DNA from: Candidatus Yanofskybacteria bacterium
GTDB taxonomy: Bacteria > Patescibacteriota > Minisyncoccia > 2-02-FULL-40-12 > GWA2-44-9
Length of the DNA stretch: 64,000 bases
Assembly (NCBI GenBank): GCA_020847715.1
Contig: JADLBM010000014.1
Span: 14,420 to 78,419, forward strand
Direction of reading: 5' to 3'
Shown: piece by piece, positions 26,919 through 36,759 of the stretch
Numbering within the stretch: position 1 is the stretch's first letter
How the letters are laid out: each line of letters opens with the position of its first letter
Notes under the pieces: model-generated
What the model was told of the DNA's origin: nothing
Database searches by the model: none
Seen by the model: only the letters and a program-made list of their open reading frames with translations
Program-made: the position numbers and the translations under genes

Positions 26919-28903
26919 TTACGCTCATCACCGTCAATTTCAATAACGCGAATGCCACTCTCAGGCTACTCCGAGCACTCGAACAGCAGTCAGAGCGAGA
27001 ATTCGATATCATTGTCGTCGATAACGACAGCACTGATGACGACCGTGCCGCGCTCGGAGCATATGCCGCGCAGAGCCCACTGAGGCTGGATATCATCTAT
27101 AGTGCGTGGAACCGAGGGTTCTCCGGCGGGAACAATCTTGCGATTCGGAAGGCGCTTGCCCACGGAAGCGATTGGCTTCTCCTCATCAACAACGACACGA
27201 CGGTCTCGCCGGATTTCATCGAACGCCTCGTGGCGCAGCTACCTGCCGCTCCCTGTATTGCGGGCATCCTGCTTCACGAAGGGGAGCATACCGCATTTGC
27301 CGGTATCGTCCGCTGGCTCCATCCGACACTTCCGCACCAGTACACCCTTCAGCATCGCGACGCCCTTCGCTATGCGATTGGTGCGGGTATGCTCGTTCAC
27401 CGCAGTGTATTTGAATCGGTAGGGCTCCTCGATGAGGCGTACTTTCTATACTTCGAGGATGCCGACTTCTCGCTTCGGGCGCAGCGTTTCGGCATTCCCG
27501 TCGTATTCCTCTCCGACCCCGTCATCTTGCACCGTCCGTCCGAGAGCACCTCGAAGCTCGGGCACCCGCTCCTCGTTCGTTACCACGCGCGAAATGCACT
27601 GCGCTTCAATTGGCGCAATGGTCCGTGGTGGGTACGAGCGCTGGTACCGTTCGCAGTCGGATACGGCATCGCATACGAAACGCTCAAGCTTCTCGTGGGG
27701 CGACATCCCACTGAAAGTCGCGCAACGCGCGCGGGCATCATGGATTTCATTTGCGGTCGGTGGGGGCGTATCGGTACCGAGGCGAGCATCGCCGTCGAGT
27801 GCGAGTCGCTCGAGGATACCTCGTGGGGCGTGGCCCGAATGATTCGCGGCGCACTGGGAGAAATTGCTGCGCATCCTGACGAGTACTCACAGTACCGGTT
27901 CGATCTCTATTTTAAGAGTCGCGTTCCCGACGAACCGTGGCTCCAGAGTCCATTGTTTCGTACGCATGTCGTCCGCGCACCCCGGTGGCTTCCGGTGCCG
28001 CTTTCATTCAGCCTATACTACTACCTCCTCCTTCCGTTGCGCCTCTGGGTGGATCGGCCCGCACTGACGTACTGGCCGAACTACATGCTCCCACTCATTG
28101 CGCCACGGCCATCGCTTGTCATGCTTACTGAGGATGTGTGGCACGAGGCGCGCAACCCGCATCGGGCGCTTCGCTACCGGCTTGGGTATCGGATATTTGC
28201 AACATGGGCTGCTCGTTCCGCGAGCTGCATTATGGCGATATCCCATGCGTCGAAAGTGCGTATTGCAAACCTATTCAAGGTCTCGGAAGAGCGCATTGCG
28301 GTCAACGAACTTGCAGTAGATGCCTCCTCGCACACCGTCGAGCCGATGCCGGGGCCGTACCTCTTGTTTGTCGGACAAGCGCTGGAACGACGACACCTTC
28401 GCGAGACCATCGAGGCGTTCGAACGCGTCGCTCCGCAGCGTCCCACACTCCGCCTTGTCGCCATCGGACCCGACAAGTACGATACACCGATCATCGACCA
28501 CATGGTCACGGAAGCGAATGAGCGTCTCAGGCGTCCGGCGATTCAACACCTCGTCTGGGTATCCGGAGCCGACCTCCTCCGATTCTACGCCGGTGCCGCC
28601 GCCATCGTGTATGTATCTGATGTTGAGGCGTTCGGCCTCCCGCCGCTGGAGGCGCTCAGCTACGGAGTGCCTCCCATCGTGCGGGAAGACCCGCTGAATC
28701 GAGAGATTTACGGCGAGCACGCATTCTACGCACGCACCGGAAGCACCGACGATATCACCGAGGCAATGCTCTGCGCACTCGACGACCACGCCCACCGAGC
28801 ACGCATCACAGCGGCGGCACCAATCATTGTTGCGCGGTATACTTGGAAGGCGCATGCTGACCGGCTCCGAACTATTATCGAACGGCTCATTCGTCGCCCA
28901 TGA
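26915..28903 (+). CDS. bifunctional glycosyltransferase: N-terminal GT2 plus C-terminal GT4/GT1-like domain
   Basis: N-terminus TVNFNN…VVDNDSTD…YFEDADFS is GT2-like. C-terminus EAFGLPPLEALSYGVPPIV is GT4-like. ATGA overlap with the upstream gene. Confidence 0.75.
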   Translation: MITLITVNFNNANATLRLLRALEQQSEREFDIIVVDNDSTDDDRAALGAYAAQSPLRLDIIYSAWNRGFSGGNNLAIRKALAHGSDWLLLINNDTTVSPDFIERLVAQLPAAPCIAGILLHEGEHTAFAGIVRWLHPTLPHQYTLQHRDALRYAIGAGMLVHRSVFESVGLLDEAYFLYFEDADFSLRAQRFGIPVVFLSDPVILHRPSESTSKLGHPLLVRYHARNALRFNWRNGPWWVRALVPFAVGYGIAYETLKLLVGRHPTESRATRAGIMDFICGRWGRIGTEASIAVECESLEDTSWGVARMIRGALGEIAAHPDEYSQYRFDLYFKSRVPDEPWLQSPLFRTHVVRAPRWLPVPLSFSLYYYLLLPLRLWVDRPALTYWPNYMLPLIAPRPSLVMLTEDVWHEARNPHRALRYRLGYRIFATWAARSASCIMAISHASKVRIANLFKVSEERIAVNELAVDASSHTVEPMPGPYLLFVGQALERRHLRETIEAFERVAPQRPTLRLVAIGPDKYDTPIIDHMVTEANERLRRPAIQHLVWVSGADLLRFYAGAAAIVYVSDVEAFGLPPLEALSYGVPPIVREDPLNREIYGEHAFYARTGSTDDITEAMLCALDDHAHRARITAAAPIIVARYTWKAHADRLRTIIERLIRRP

Positions 28904-30483
28904 ACCATAGCATTACCCTCAATCGTATATTTGCGCTCTACGTACTCGCGTTCGCCGGCATCATCACCGGCCTTCTTCCGCGCGAGACCGCTCTTGTGTG
29001 CGCGGTGGGGTTGGGCGCATGGATGCTCTGGCGCCCACTCGAGGATGGGGTTCAGCTGTTCATCCGTTGTATTCCGTTGTTCATCGCACTTCCGCTCACC
29101 ACCACCTACGACAACCTTACGATGTGGCGCCCACTCGCGCTCATCCTCGTGCTCCGCGCTGCGCTCGACCCCGCCGTGCGCGCACATCTGCGGGGGCTCA
29201 TTATGGATGCGCTCCGCCGTCCGAACGCATGGTTGAAGGGGCATGCGGTAACGCGACGCCTCCTGATTCTCCTTGCCATCGCGATGCTCTCCCTTTGGGG
29301 CGCGCAGTATCCGCTTACCGGAGCCATTCGCATCATCTATTTCATTAACCTCTCCCTTGTGCCGGTCATCGTCGGGTATCTCGTGCGGCAGGGGAGGCTT
29401 GCCGCTGAACGCGTCTTCGTAAGTATGGCACTCCCCACAATAATCGTGGTCGTCGGAGGCTACCTACAATTAGCTTCAACGTACCTCGTCGATGTGTATC
29501 AGTTTATGCGACTCTGGGGGGAAAACATTCAGATGCGACAGTATGGCATCGAGTGGTCTCGCACGGCGGTCGAAGTAGGGAACACGTGGCTCGCATACTA
29601 CGGCGACCAGCTTTCCCTCCGTGTGTTCTCACTCTTCCCCGATTCGCACTCGTTCCCGACATTCGTTCTTTTGGGAATTCCCGCCCTCTTTGCTATTGCA
29701 GTTGGCCCGATCCTTCGCGCCGCAGAGACGCTGCCACTCCGTCGTCTGGCGCGGACGATTGCGACGAAATCAATCCTCTGGATACCCGCCGCCTACCTTA
29801 TCGCTATCCTCTCGGGTACCCGCGGCATTTGGGCGGCATCACTGGGCGTCGTTGCACTCGCTCCCATTCTTCTCCTTGCCATGCGGCACACTCGCGTTGA
29901 TGCGGTTCGCCAGCGCGTGTTCTCGTATACCTCGTCCTACCTTGTTGCATGGTTCATGCTATTCGCAGTGGCATGGCCGATATTCATTTCGCCGCAATTT
30001 CTAATCGGGAAAGCAGACATCAACATGCTCGGTCGCCGCATCCGAAGCGTCATCGATTTCGGAGAAACATCCAACGCTCTTCGGCTCGCCATCTGGAAGT
30101 CGTCCGCGGAGTCCATTGTCCGCCACCCATTCCTCGGGGTTGGCATTGGAAACTTTCCGGTTGTTCTCGATCAAGATATCCGCCTCGCGCGAGCCGGTTC
30201 GACCGCACACAACCTCTACCTCCACGTCGCAGCGGAGATGGGCATTGTTGCTGCACTCGAAGGAGTTATCCTACTCGCGAGCGCGTGGTATGCCGCGTGG
30301 CGGTGGTTTGCGCACGCGCGTGGACCCGCATTGGCGTATGCGGCCTCCCTCCTGTTGTATCTCCCGTGGGTGTTCGCATATGTACTGACCGACCCGATTA
30401 TCTTCGATGAACGGGTATTTCTTCTGTTCGCCACCGTGCTTGCGCTCGCATGGGCGTCTGCTGAACAACCAAACACCACATGA
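28900..30483 (+). CDS. O-antigen ligase / polymerase (Wzy_C)-like polytopic membrane protein
   Basis: 527 aa with ten or more TM helices. Loop motif AHNLYLHVAAEMG is typical of the O-antigen ligase family. Confidence 0.7.
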   Translation: MNHSITLNRIFALYVLAFAGIITGLLPRETALVCAVGLGAWMLWRPLEDGVQLFIRCIPLFIALPLTTTYDNLTMWRPLALILVLRAALDPAVRAHLRGLIMDALRRPNAWLKGHAVTRRLLILLAIAMLSLWGAQYPLTGAIRIIYFINLSLVPVIVGYLVRQGRLAAERVFVSMALPTIIVVVGGYLQLASTYLVDVYQFMRLWGENIQMRQYGIEWSRTAVEVGNTWLAYYGDQLSLRVFSLFPDSHSFPTFVLLGIPALFAIAVGPILRAAETLPLRRLARTIATKSILWIPAAYLIAILSGTRGIWAASLGVVALAPILLLAMRHTRVDAVRQRVFSYTSSYLVAWFMLFAVAWPIFISPQFLIGKADINMLGRRIRSVIDFGETSNALRLAIWKSSAESIVRHPFLGVGIGNFPVVLDQDIRLARAGSTAHNLYLHVAAEMGIVAALEGVILLASAWYAAWRWFAHARGPALAYAASLLLYLPWVFAYVLTDPIIFDERVFLLFATVLALAWASAEQPNTT

Positions 30484-31505
30484 CCACGCCGCTCGTGAGT
30501 ATCCAAATCGTTGTCCGGAACGGGGGAGCCTACCTTCACCGGTGCCTCGCGTCGGTGCGCGCACAGACCCACCCGAACTGCGAGGTCGTCGTATTGGACA
30601 ATGCTTCGACCGATGCAACTCGCGATATCGTGCGGTCATTCGGATTCCGTCTTATCGAGAGCGCGACCAACTGGGGTATGTGGCCAGGACAGGAGCGCCT
30701 CCTACCTGAGACGTCCGGTGACTACGTGCTCGCGCTCAGCGTTGATGTTATTTTACACCCGCGATTCGTCGAGGAGGCGGTTCGCGCCTGCGAGGGCGAC
30801 CGCGGCATCGCGGCAGTCCAAGGAAAATTCTACCAGTATGATGTCGAAAATCTTCCCGCCTCCGATGCCGATCTCCCGCGGTCTACCATCGACACCTGCG
30901 GATTTGCAGTGACCCGAGGACGAACGGTGGTGAATATTGGACACGGAAAACAGGACTGCGACGCACCAGATGCACCGCGGGCAATTTTTGGCGTTGAGGG
31001 AGCTGCTCCCTTCTTTCGACGGAGCGCCCTCGAGGATTGCCGCATCGAAGGCATGCTTATCGATCCGGACTACTTCTGGTATGGCGACGATCTCGACCTC
31101 GCGTGGCGCATGACCCTCCTCGGACACCGGCAGATGTTCATCCCAAGTGTCGTCGCATGGCACGACCGCTCTACAACGAAAGGGGGAGCGGCCATCCCGA
31201 TTATCGGACAGCTACGGCGCCTCCGTATTCGTCGTGCGATACCACTTATGAAGCGCCGCCTCGATTGGACAAATGTGCGGTTTACAATCATTAAAAATGA
31301 CTATATAATCAACATCTTCAGAGATGCCATACCCTTCGGAATGCGCGAATTAGGCGTCCTTGGGTATTCGGTACTCTTTGAGCCGGGTGTGCTTGGCGGC
31401 CTGGGACGATTCTTCCGCCTCCTTCCGCGTATGCTCCGGCGTCGCCGCGCGGTCATGCGCCGTGCGGTCGTTCCACCCGCACGCATGCACCAATGGTATC
31501 TATGA
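30480..31505 (+). CDS. glycosyltransferase family 2
   Basis: VSIQIVVRNG…VVVLDNASTD and the DxD region. Confidence 0.8.
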   Translation: MTTPLVSIQIVVRNGGAYLHRCLASVRAQTHPNCEVVVLDNASTDATRDIVRSFGFRLIESATNWGMWPGQERLLPETSGDYVLALSVDVILHPRFVEEAVRACEGDRGIAAVQGKFYQYDVENLPASDADLPRSTIDTCGFAVTRGRTVVNIGHGKQDCDAPDAPRAIFGVEGAAPFFRRSALEDCRIEGMLIDPDYFWYGDDLDLAWRMTLLGHRQMFIPSVVAWHDRSTTKGGAAIPIIGQLRRLRIRRAIPLMKRRLDWTNVRFTIIKNDYIINIFRDAIPFGMRELGVLGYSVLFEPGVLGGLGRFFRLLPRMLRRRRAVMRRAVVPPARMHQWYL

Positions 31506-32569
31506 CACCCATCGACTTCATTCAACCAATTCCGCCTCGCCGCCGCATCACCGGCCGGCACCTTCGCATTGGACTGGGCCTACTGGGTATCGGCGTTCTC
31601 GTCGCTCTGCTCTTCGGGCGCATCGGCAACGCAACCGTGTCGGTGGTTAATCGTATCACCCGCGGCAACAACCTCACCGCGAATGGTTCCGACCGCATCA
31701 CGCCAATCGATAAGGATCCGGAGTACGCCATGCCGGAGAATTCCAAGAAACGGCTCGACATTCTGGTCCTCGGTATTCGCGGTCGCGACGATGTCGAGAA
31801 CGGGGGACTCCTGACCGACACCATCGTACTCTTCTCCCTCGACACCACATCGGGCAAAGCAACCATGACATCCATTCCGCGCGACCTTATGGTCCGCATC
31901 ACCGACGAACGGAGCGACAAGATCAACGGGGTGTACGCCCACTACGGCGTGAACGGAAGCAAGAAGCTCTTCTCGCGCATTCTCGGTGTTGCCATCGACC
32001 ACGTTGTCGTCGTCGATTTTGCCGCCTTCAGCACAATCGTCGATACATTAGGCGGCGTGACCGTTACCCTTGAGAAGCCGTTCACAGAAACCACCCAGTG
32101 GGGATACGAGTTCTCTTTGCCGGCGGGGGAGAACACGCTCACCGGAGAGCAGGCGCTCTACTATGTGCGCAGCCGCTACGGCACCAGTGACTTCGACCGT
32201 TCTCGACGGCAAATGCAGGTGCTCCTCGCCATCAAGGCAAAAGCGGCGGCGCTTGATCTGACCAACGACCCGATTCGTGCTGTTCAACTCGCATCGACCG
32301 TGCGGAAACATGTTGAGACCGACCTGAACATCTTCGACATCGGAACAGCACGCGACCTCTTAGAGCAGCAAGAGAGTCTTGGACGCATCAAGCGGTACCA
32401 ACTTACGACCGAAAACCTGCTGTATGAAACACACCGTGACGGGGCATATGTGCTCCTCCCGCTGGGCGACACGCTCTCGCACATCAAAGAGTTTTTCTCG
32501 ACCATCCTGACCGATGCGCCGGTCATCTGGACGCCTACGCCAACTCCCACGGCATCGTCAACTCCATGA
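31502..32569 (+). CDS. LytR-CpsA-Psr (LCP) family protein
   Basis: TM anchor then LVLGIRGRDD…DTIVLFSLD…SIPRDL, the LCP core. Confidence 0.8.
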   Translation: MTPIDFIQPIPPRRRITGRHLRIGLGLLGIGVLVALLFGRIGNATVSVVNRITRGNNLTANGSDRITPIDKDPEYAMPENSKKRLDILVLGIRGRDDVENGGLLTDTIVLFSLDTTSGKATMTSIPRDLMVRITDERSDKINGVYAHYGVNGSKKLFSRILGVAIDHVVVVDFAAFSTIVDTLGGVTVTLEKPFTETTQWGYEFSLPAGENTLTGEQALYYVRSRYGTSDFDRSRRQMQVLLAIKAKAAALDLTNDPIRAVQLASTVRKHVETDLNIFDIGTARDLLEQQESLGRIKRYQLTTENLLYETHRDGAYVLLPLGDTLSHIKEFFSTILTDAPVIWTPTPTPTASSTP

Positions 32570-33417
32570 CGCTCTCCGTTATCATCGTCAACTTCCGGAA
32601 CGCCCCGCTCTTACGGTTGGCGCTCACGTCGCTCGCGCGAACCCTCGGCCGCCAGCTCTCGTATGAGGTGATTGTCATCGACTCCGAGAGCTCGGTTGAA
32701 ACACAGAATGTCGTGCACCACGACTGCGTCGGTCTGTTCGAGCGTCTCAGCATCATTCCATTTGCGGATAACATTGGATACACGCGCGGCGTGAACGAGG
32801 GGCTTCGTCGCGCAGCGGGAGCCTATATCCTGAATCTGAATCCGGACATCGTTATCCTCCCTGGAGCGGTCGAGGGAATGATGCAGTATCTCGCAGACCA
32901 CCCGCAGGTCGGACTCATCGGACCTGGACTCCTGAACTTCGACGACACTCGACAGGATTCTTGCTTCCGATTCTACACGCCGCTCACGATGCTTGCCCGC
33001 CGCATTCCGCTCCCGTTTACGAAGAGCCTCATTGAGCGATTCCTTCTGCGCGATCAGGACTGCTCTGAGCCGGTCGCTGTCGACTGGGTCATGGGGTCAG
33101 CTCTCATGATGACCCGCGAGGCCGTGGACCGCGTTGGCATGATGGACGAGCAATTTTTCCTCTATCTAAGCGAAGTTGACTGGGCATGGCGCTTTTGGGA
33201 AAATGGATTTACTGTCGTCTATCTACCGACTGTGCGCATGTACCATTACCACCAGCGGCAATCGAAAGGCCGCTTCGGTATTCTTGATATCATTGTGCGC
33301 GCGCAGACCCGATGGCATCTTCGCGATGCGATTCGGTACTTCCGGAAACACGGCGTGAGCGGTCAACGCCCGCAGGCGGCGCCAGAGACGCAAGAGCCGC
33401 TGATTTCATCTTTATAG
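32566..33417 (+). CDS. glycosyltransferase family 2
   Basis: LSVIIVNFRN…VIDSES…DWVMGSALMMTREA GT2 motifs. Confidence 0.8.
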   Translation: MTLSVIIVNFRNAPLLRLALTSLARTLGRQLSYEVIVIDSESSVETQNVVHHDCVGLFERLSIIPFADNIGYTRGVNEGLRRAAGAYILNLNPDIVILPGAVEGMMQYLADHPQVGLIGPGLLNFDDTRQDSCFRFYTPLTMLARRIPLPFTKSLIERFLLRDQDCSEPVAVDWVMGSALMMTREAVDRVGMMDEQFFLYLSEVDWAWRFWENGFTVVYLPTVRMYHYHQRQSKGRFGILDIIVRAQTRWHLRDAIRYFRKHGVSGQRPQAAPETQEPLISSL

Positions 33418-33420
33418 TCC

Positions 33421-34659
33421 ATGCAACGATCCCGCCTTATCCTCATCGCCTCCATTCTCCTGTCGCTCGGCATCGGTTTTGGTGCGGGATACGGATATGT
33501 AACTCGTCAGCAGGGAGCCGACATTGACCCCATCGTCAAGCAGATTATTAATCAAGACGAGGGCCGGTCCGCAGCAGTCGACTTTTCGCTCTTCTGGCAG
33601 GTCTGGGACCGCCTCCACGCCCGTTATGTCGAATCAGATAAGCTCGACACGCAGAAGTTGGTATACGGCGCTATTAGCGGCATGGTTGCGGCCGCGGGGG
33701 ATCCGTACACGGCATTCTTCGAGCCGGAGACGAACAAGAAGTTCCAAGAAGAAGTCTCTGGAGCATTCTCGGGTGTCGGCATGGAAATCGGCAAACGGGA
33801 TGGAAATCTGGTTGTTATCACACCCATCAAAGACTCTCCTGCCATGCGAGCCGGTATTCGAGCGGGGGATATTATTCTCACCGTGGACGGCACCCCAGTC
33901 GACGGGTGGAGCGTCGAGGAGGCGGTCTCACGCATTCGCGGAAAGAAGGGAACGACCGTGGCGCTCACGATTGCGCGCGACGGAGCGGGGGACATCCTCT
34001 CATTCACGCTCACCCGCGATACCATTCGTGTTCCGGCCGTTGAGTGGCGCATGCTCGACAGTTCCACTGCGTACCTCCAAATCATGTCGTTCAACGCGAA
34101 TGTCGACGATGAGTTCGCGCATGCAGCGCGCGAAATCGCTTCCTCCGGAGCGCAGCGACTCGTCCTCGATGTCCGCAATAATCCGGGAGGACTTCTGGAT
34201 TCTGCGGTGAATGTTGCTGGGTGGATGTTGAAGCCGGAGACCACCGTCGTACAAGAGCGCTTCTCCGACGGTCTCACGCAGCATCTCCGCACCAGCGGCA
34301 ACGCACGGCTCGCGTCGTTGCCGACCGTTATCCTCATCAATGGCGGCTCCGCATCGGCAGCAGAGATTATTGCCGGCGCGCTCCATGATGTGCGCGCGAT
34401 ACCGCTCATCGGCGAGACGTCGTTCGGAAAGGGTTCTGTGCAGCAGCTCGAAGAGTTCTATAACGGCTCCTCGCTCAAGGTCACGGTCGCGAAGTGGTTC
34501 ACCCCGAACGGGGTCAGCATCTCGGACTCCGGCATCGCCCCGACGACCGAAGTCATTATGGATCCAAAGGAATACGAGGCAAAGAAGTGGGAGCTCGGCA
34601 CCCCAGGGAAGGATCCGCAACTCGATCGGGCGCTTGAAATCGTCCGCGGGGTCAAGTAG
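33421..34659 (+). CDS. ctpA: carboxyl-terminal processing peptidase (S41)
   Basis: PDZ region plus S41 catalytic region (VILINGGSASAAEI…GKGSVQ). Confidence 0.85.
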   Translation: MQRSRLILIASILLSLGIGFGAGYGYVTRQQGADIDPIVKQIINQDEGRSAAVDFSLFWQVWDRLHARYVESDKLDTQKLVYGAISGMVAAAGDPYTAFFEPETNKKFQEEVSGAFSGVGMEIGKRDGNLVVITPIKDSPAMRAGIRAGDIILTVDGTPVDGWSVEEAVSRIRGKKGTTVALTIARDGAGDILSFTLTRDTIRVPAVEWRMLDSSTAYLQIMSFNANVDDEFAHAAREIASSGAQRLVLDVRNNPGGLLDSAVNVAGWMLKPETTVVQERFSDGLTQHLRTSGNARLASLPTVILINGGSASAAEIIAGALHDVRAIPLIGETSFGKGSVQQLEEFYNGSSLKVTVAKWFTPNGVSISDSGIAPTTEVIMDPKEYEAKKWELGTPGKDPQLDRALEIVRGVK

Positions 34660-34668
34660 GGTAGAGAT

Positions 34669-35118
34669 ATGAAAGTCGTCCTCCTCGACAACATCCGGGG
34701 TATTGGAAAGGTCGGAGAAGTGAAAGAAGTGAACGACGGGTACGCCCGCAATTTTCTCATTCGCCGGGGCCTTGGCAAGCCGGCAAGCGCCGGCGCCATA
34801 AAAGAATCAGAGCAGCTCAAAGCGGCAAAACTCGAAGCGCGTACGCTCGCGCACGCGCAGGCGGTCGCGATGGCGGCAACACTTGCGAACACCCCCATCA
34901 CCGTACGCGGGAAAGCCAACGACCATGGAACACTCTTCTCCGGCATCACGGAGACCGACATCGCTGAGCATCTCAGCGCGGCTGCTGGCGCACACATTGC
35001 ACCCACTGCAGTCAGACTCGACGGTCACCTGAAGACCCTCGGGGAACACACGGTTCATGTCCGTCTTACTGAGGATGTAGGCGTCGATATCGTCGTCCGC
35101 GTCGAAGCGGCCTCATAG
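34669..35118 (+). CDS. rplI: 50S ribosomal protein L9
   Basis: MKVVLLDNIRGIGKVGEVKEVNDGYARNFL…, canonical L9. Confidence 0.9.
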   Translation: MKVVLLDNIRGIGKVGEVKEVNDGYARNFLIRRGLGKPASAGAIKESEQLKAAKLEARTLAHAQAVAMAATLANTPITVRGKANDHGTLFSGITETDIAEHLSAAAGAHIAPTAVRLDGHLKTLGEHTVHVRLTEDVGVDIVVRVEAAS

Positions 35119-35127
35119 AGACAACAA

Positions 35128-35152
35128 CACACCGCCCCTTCAGGGGCGGTGT
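35128..35152. terminator. bidirectional terminator (ccgcccct-tcag-gggcgg)
   Basis: Hairpin between the convergent rplI and rpmA. Confidence 0.55.
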
Positions 35153-35172
35153 ATGTATATCGAGGGGAACGG

Positions 35173-35451
35173 TTAGGCTGCAACAACGGAGACCACTTTG
35201 ATTGCCTTGCGCGAACCGTCGTGGTTGACCTTCTTGCGGGTCGAGAACTTTACGACACCGGTAGCAACCGCGTAGATCGTATAGTCGGAACCCTGGCGGA
35301 CTCCGGTACCCGGCCAGAACGAGCTGCCAGTTTGTCGCACGATAATGTTGCCGGCCTTAGCCTTTTCGCCGTCATGGAGCTTCACGCCGCGGTATTTCGG
35401 GCGTGAGTCCTTTCCGTATTTACCTGCACCAATCGCTTTTACATGTGCCAT
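35173..35451 (-). CDS. rpmA: 50S ribosomal protein L27
   Basis: MAHVKAIGAGKYGKDSRPKYRGVK…, canonical L27. Confidence 0.95.
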   Translation of the reverse strand: MAHVKAIGAGKYGKDSRPKYRGVKLHDGEKAKAGNIIVRQTGSSFWPGTGVRQGSDYTIYAVATGVVKFSTRKKVNHDGSRKAIKVVSVVAA

Positions 35452-35513
35452 GGAGAGTTGTTTACAGTAACGCTATTCCTAGGTACAGTTGCCGGAACGG
35501 ACGAGAACCGGGG

Positions 35514-35939
35514 ATGTCGGCATCCGCTCGACCGATCAACGTGATGGGTATCATAACAAAAACAGGGGATAGGGTCAAGCGGTTTCGGGACCTCCTGTGG
35601 ACCGTCCTTATTGTCGCCCTCGCGGGGTGGTCTGCGTATAATCTCGGCCTCCTCCGCGCCCGGCAGGGGGTCCTTCCGGCTCAGGAGGCGTCACTGTTTC
35701 GCGCTCGAGCGACCTTCACCCCTCCGAGCTCAACAGGGCAGGGGAAGAGCACCCCCGCCGCAACCCCCGCCCGTACCGACCCCCGCGTGGTAGCCTCAAA
35801 AACCTCCTCCAGCAAGAAATACCACCACCCGTGGTGCTCCAGCGCCAACCGCATCAAGGAGGCTAATCGCCTCTGGTTCCCCACGGCTCAGGCCGCTCAG
35901 GCGGCCGGCTATACCCTCGCCGCCAACTGTAAGGAGTAG
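35514..35939 (+). CDS. hypothetical membrane-anchored protein with a C-terminal Ada-like Zn-binding-like motif
   Basis: TM helix, Ser/Thr/Pro linker, then C-terminal YHHPWCSS…EANRLWFPTAQAAQAAGYTLAANC, which resembles the Ada Zn-binding fold pattern. Confidence 0.45.
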   Translation: MSASARPINVMGIITKTGDRVKRFRDLLWTVLIVALAGWSAYNLGLLRARQGVLPAQEASLFRARATFTPPSSTGQGKSTPAATPARTDPRVVASKTSSSKKYHHPWCSSANRIKEANRLWFPTAQAAQAAGYTLAANCKE

Positions 35940-36018
35940 TCTCCTTCGCTCCCCACCGCATTTTGTAGCCGCTCCGCGCTCCCTCCCCACTCGTGCCTCG
36001 GGTGGGGAGCGGAGGGGG

Positions 36019-36759
36019 TTAGATGAGCTGCGAAAGCCAGTCGCGGTGTTCCCACTCCCAGAGGGTCTTCGCGGCGAGGAATGCCTGAAGATCGTGGGGA
36101 TGCGCGCCAAGCTCGCTGAATTCGAAGCGTCCCTCCATCGGACCCCATTGGTGCGTGCATCCTTTTCCACCGGCGCTCACACGGAACATGCCACCCTTGG
36201 TGCGAAGCGAGACGCCGCAGAGCTGGCAGGTACGGCATTGGTCGAGGCGAAGGACCCAGCTTGTCGTCGGGCGCTCAACATTCGGTATCTCTGTGAGTGC
36301 ACTCAGGTATGCAGCCGTCTGCATGGTGTAATCGCGATACACCGCCTTACTGGTTTTGATGTCGAGCACTCCGACAACGCCATTGATGCGAGCAAGCGCG
36401 TCGATGGTGCCGGCATAGCGGTGCGTACGACTCACAACCCGCTCTTCGATCATGAGCGGCTCAACGTGGTTGTTACGGAGAAATTCACGGAATGCATCGA
36501 CCGACGGCTCAATAACTGAGGGGACCGCCTCGTGCGTACCACGAAGGATTGCCTCCACGGCCTCATGGACCATCGTGCCCTCGCGCGCACTGGCTTCTTT
36601 TGCATCGTCGGCCGCCTTGAAACTCCGCATGCCTCCGTAGTAGCGGTAGAGCGCCGGCTTCGCCTTGATGGACACGATTGATGTGACCCGAGGGTACCAG
36701 ACGCCATCAATGGTGTACCCGGCTCGCTCTTGGAATTCTGCCAGAGATTCGTACTCCAC
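36019..36759 (-). CDS. PD-(D/E)xK nuclease, Cas4/RecB-like
   Basis: GTIDALARINGVVGVLDIKTSK…YTMQTAAYLSA (D…D/ExK…QxxxY) plus a Cys cluster (CRTCQLC…C). Confidence 0.7.
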   Translation of the reverse strand: MEYESLAEFQERAGYTIDGVWYPRVTSIVSIKAKPALYRYYGGMRSFKAADDAKEASAREGTMVHEAVEAILRGTHEAVPSVIEPSVDAFREFLRNNHVEPLMIEERVVSRTHRYAGTIDALARINGVVGVLDIKTSKAVYRDYTMQTAAYLSALTEIPNVERPTTSWVLRLDQCRTCQLCGVSLRTKGGMFRVSAGGKGCTHQWGPMEGRFEFSELGAHPHDLQAFLAAKTLWEWEHRDWLSQLI

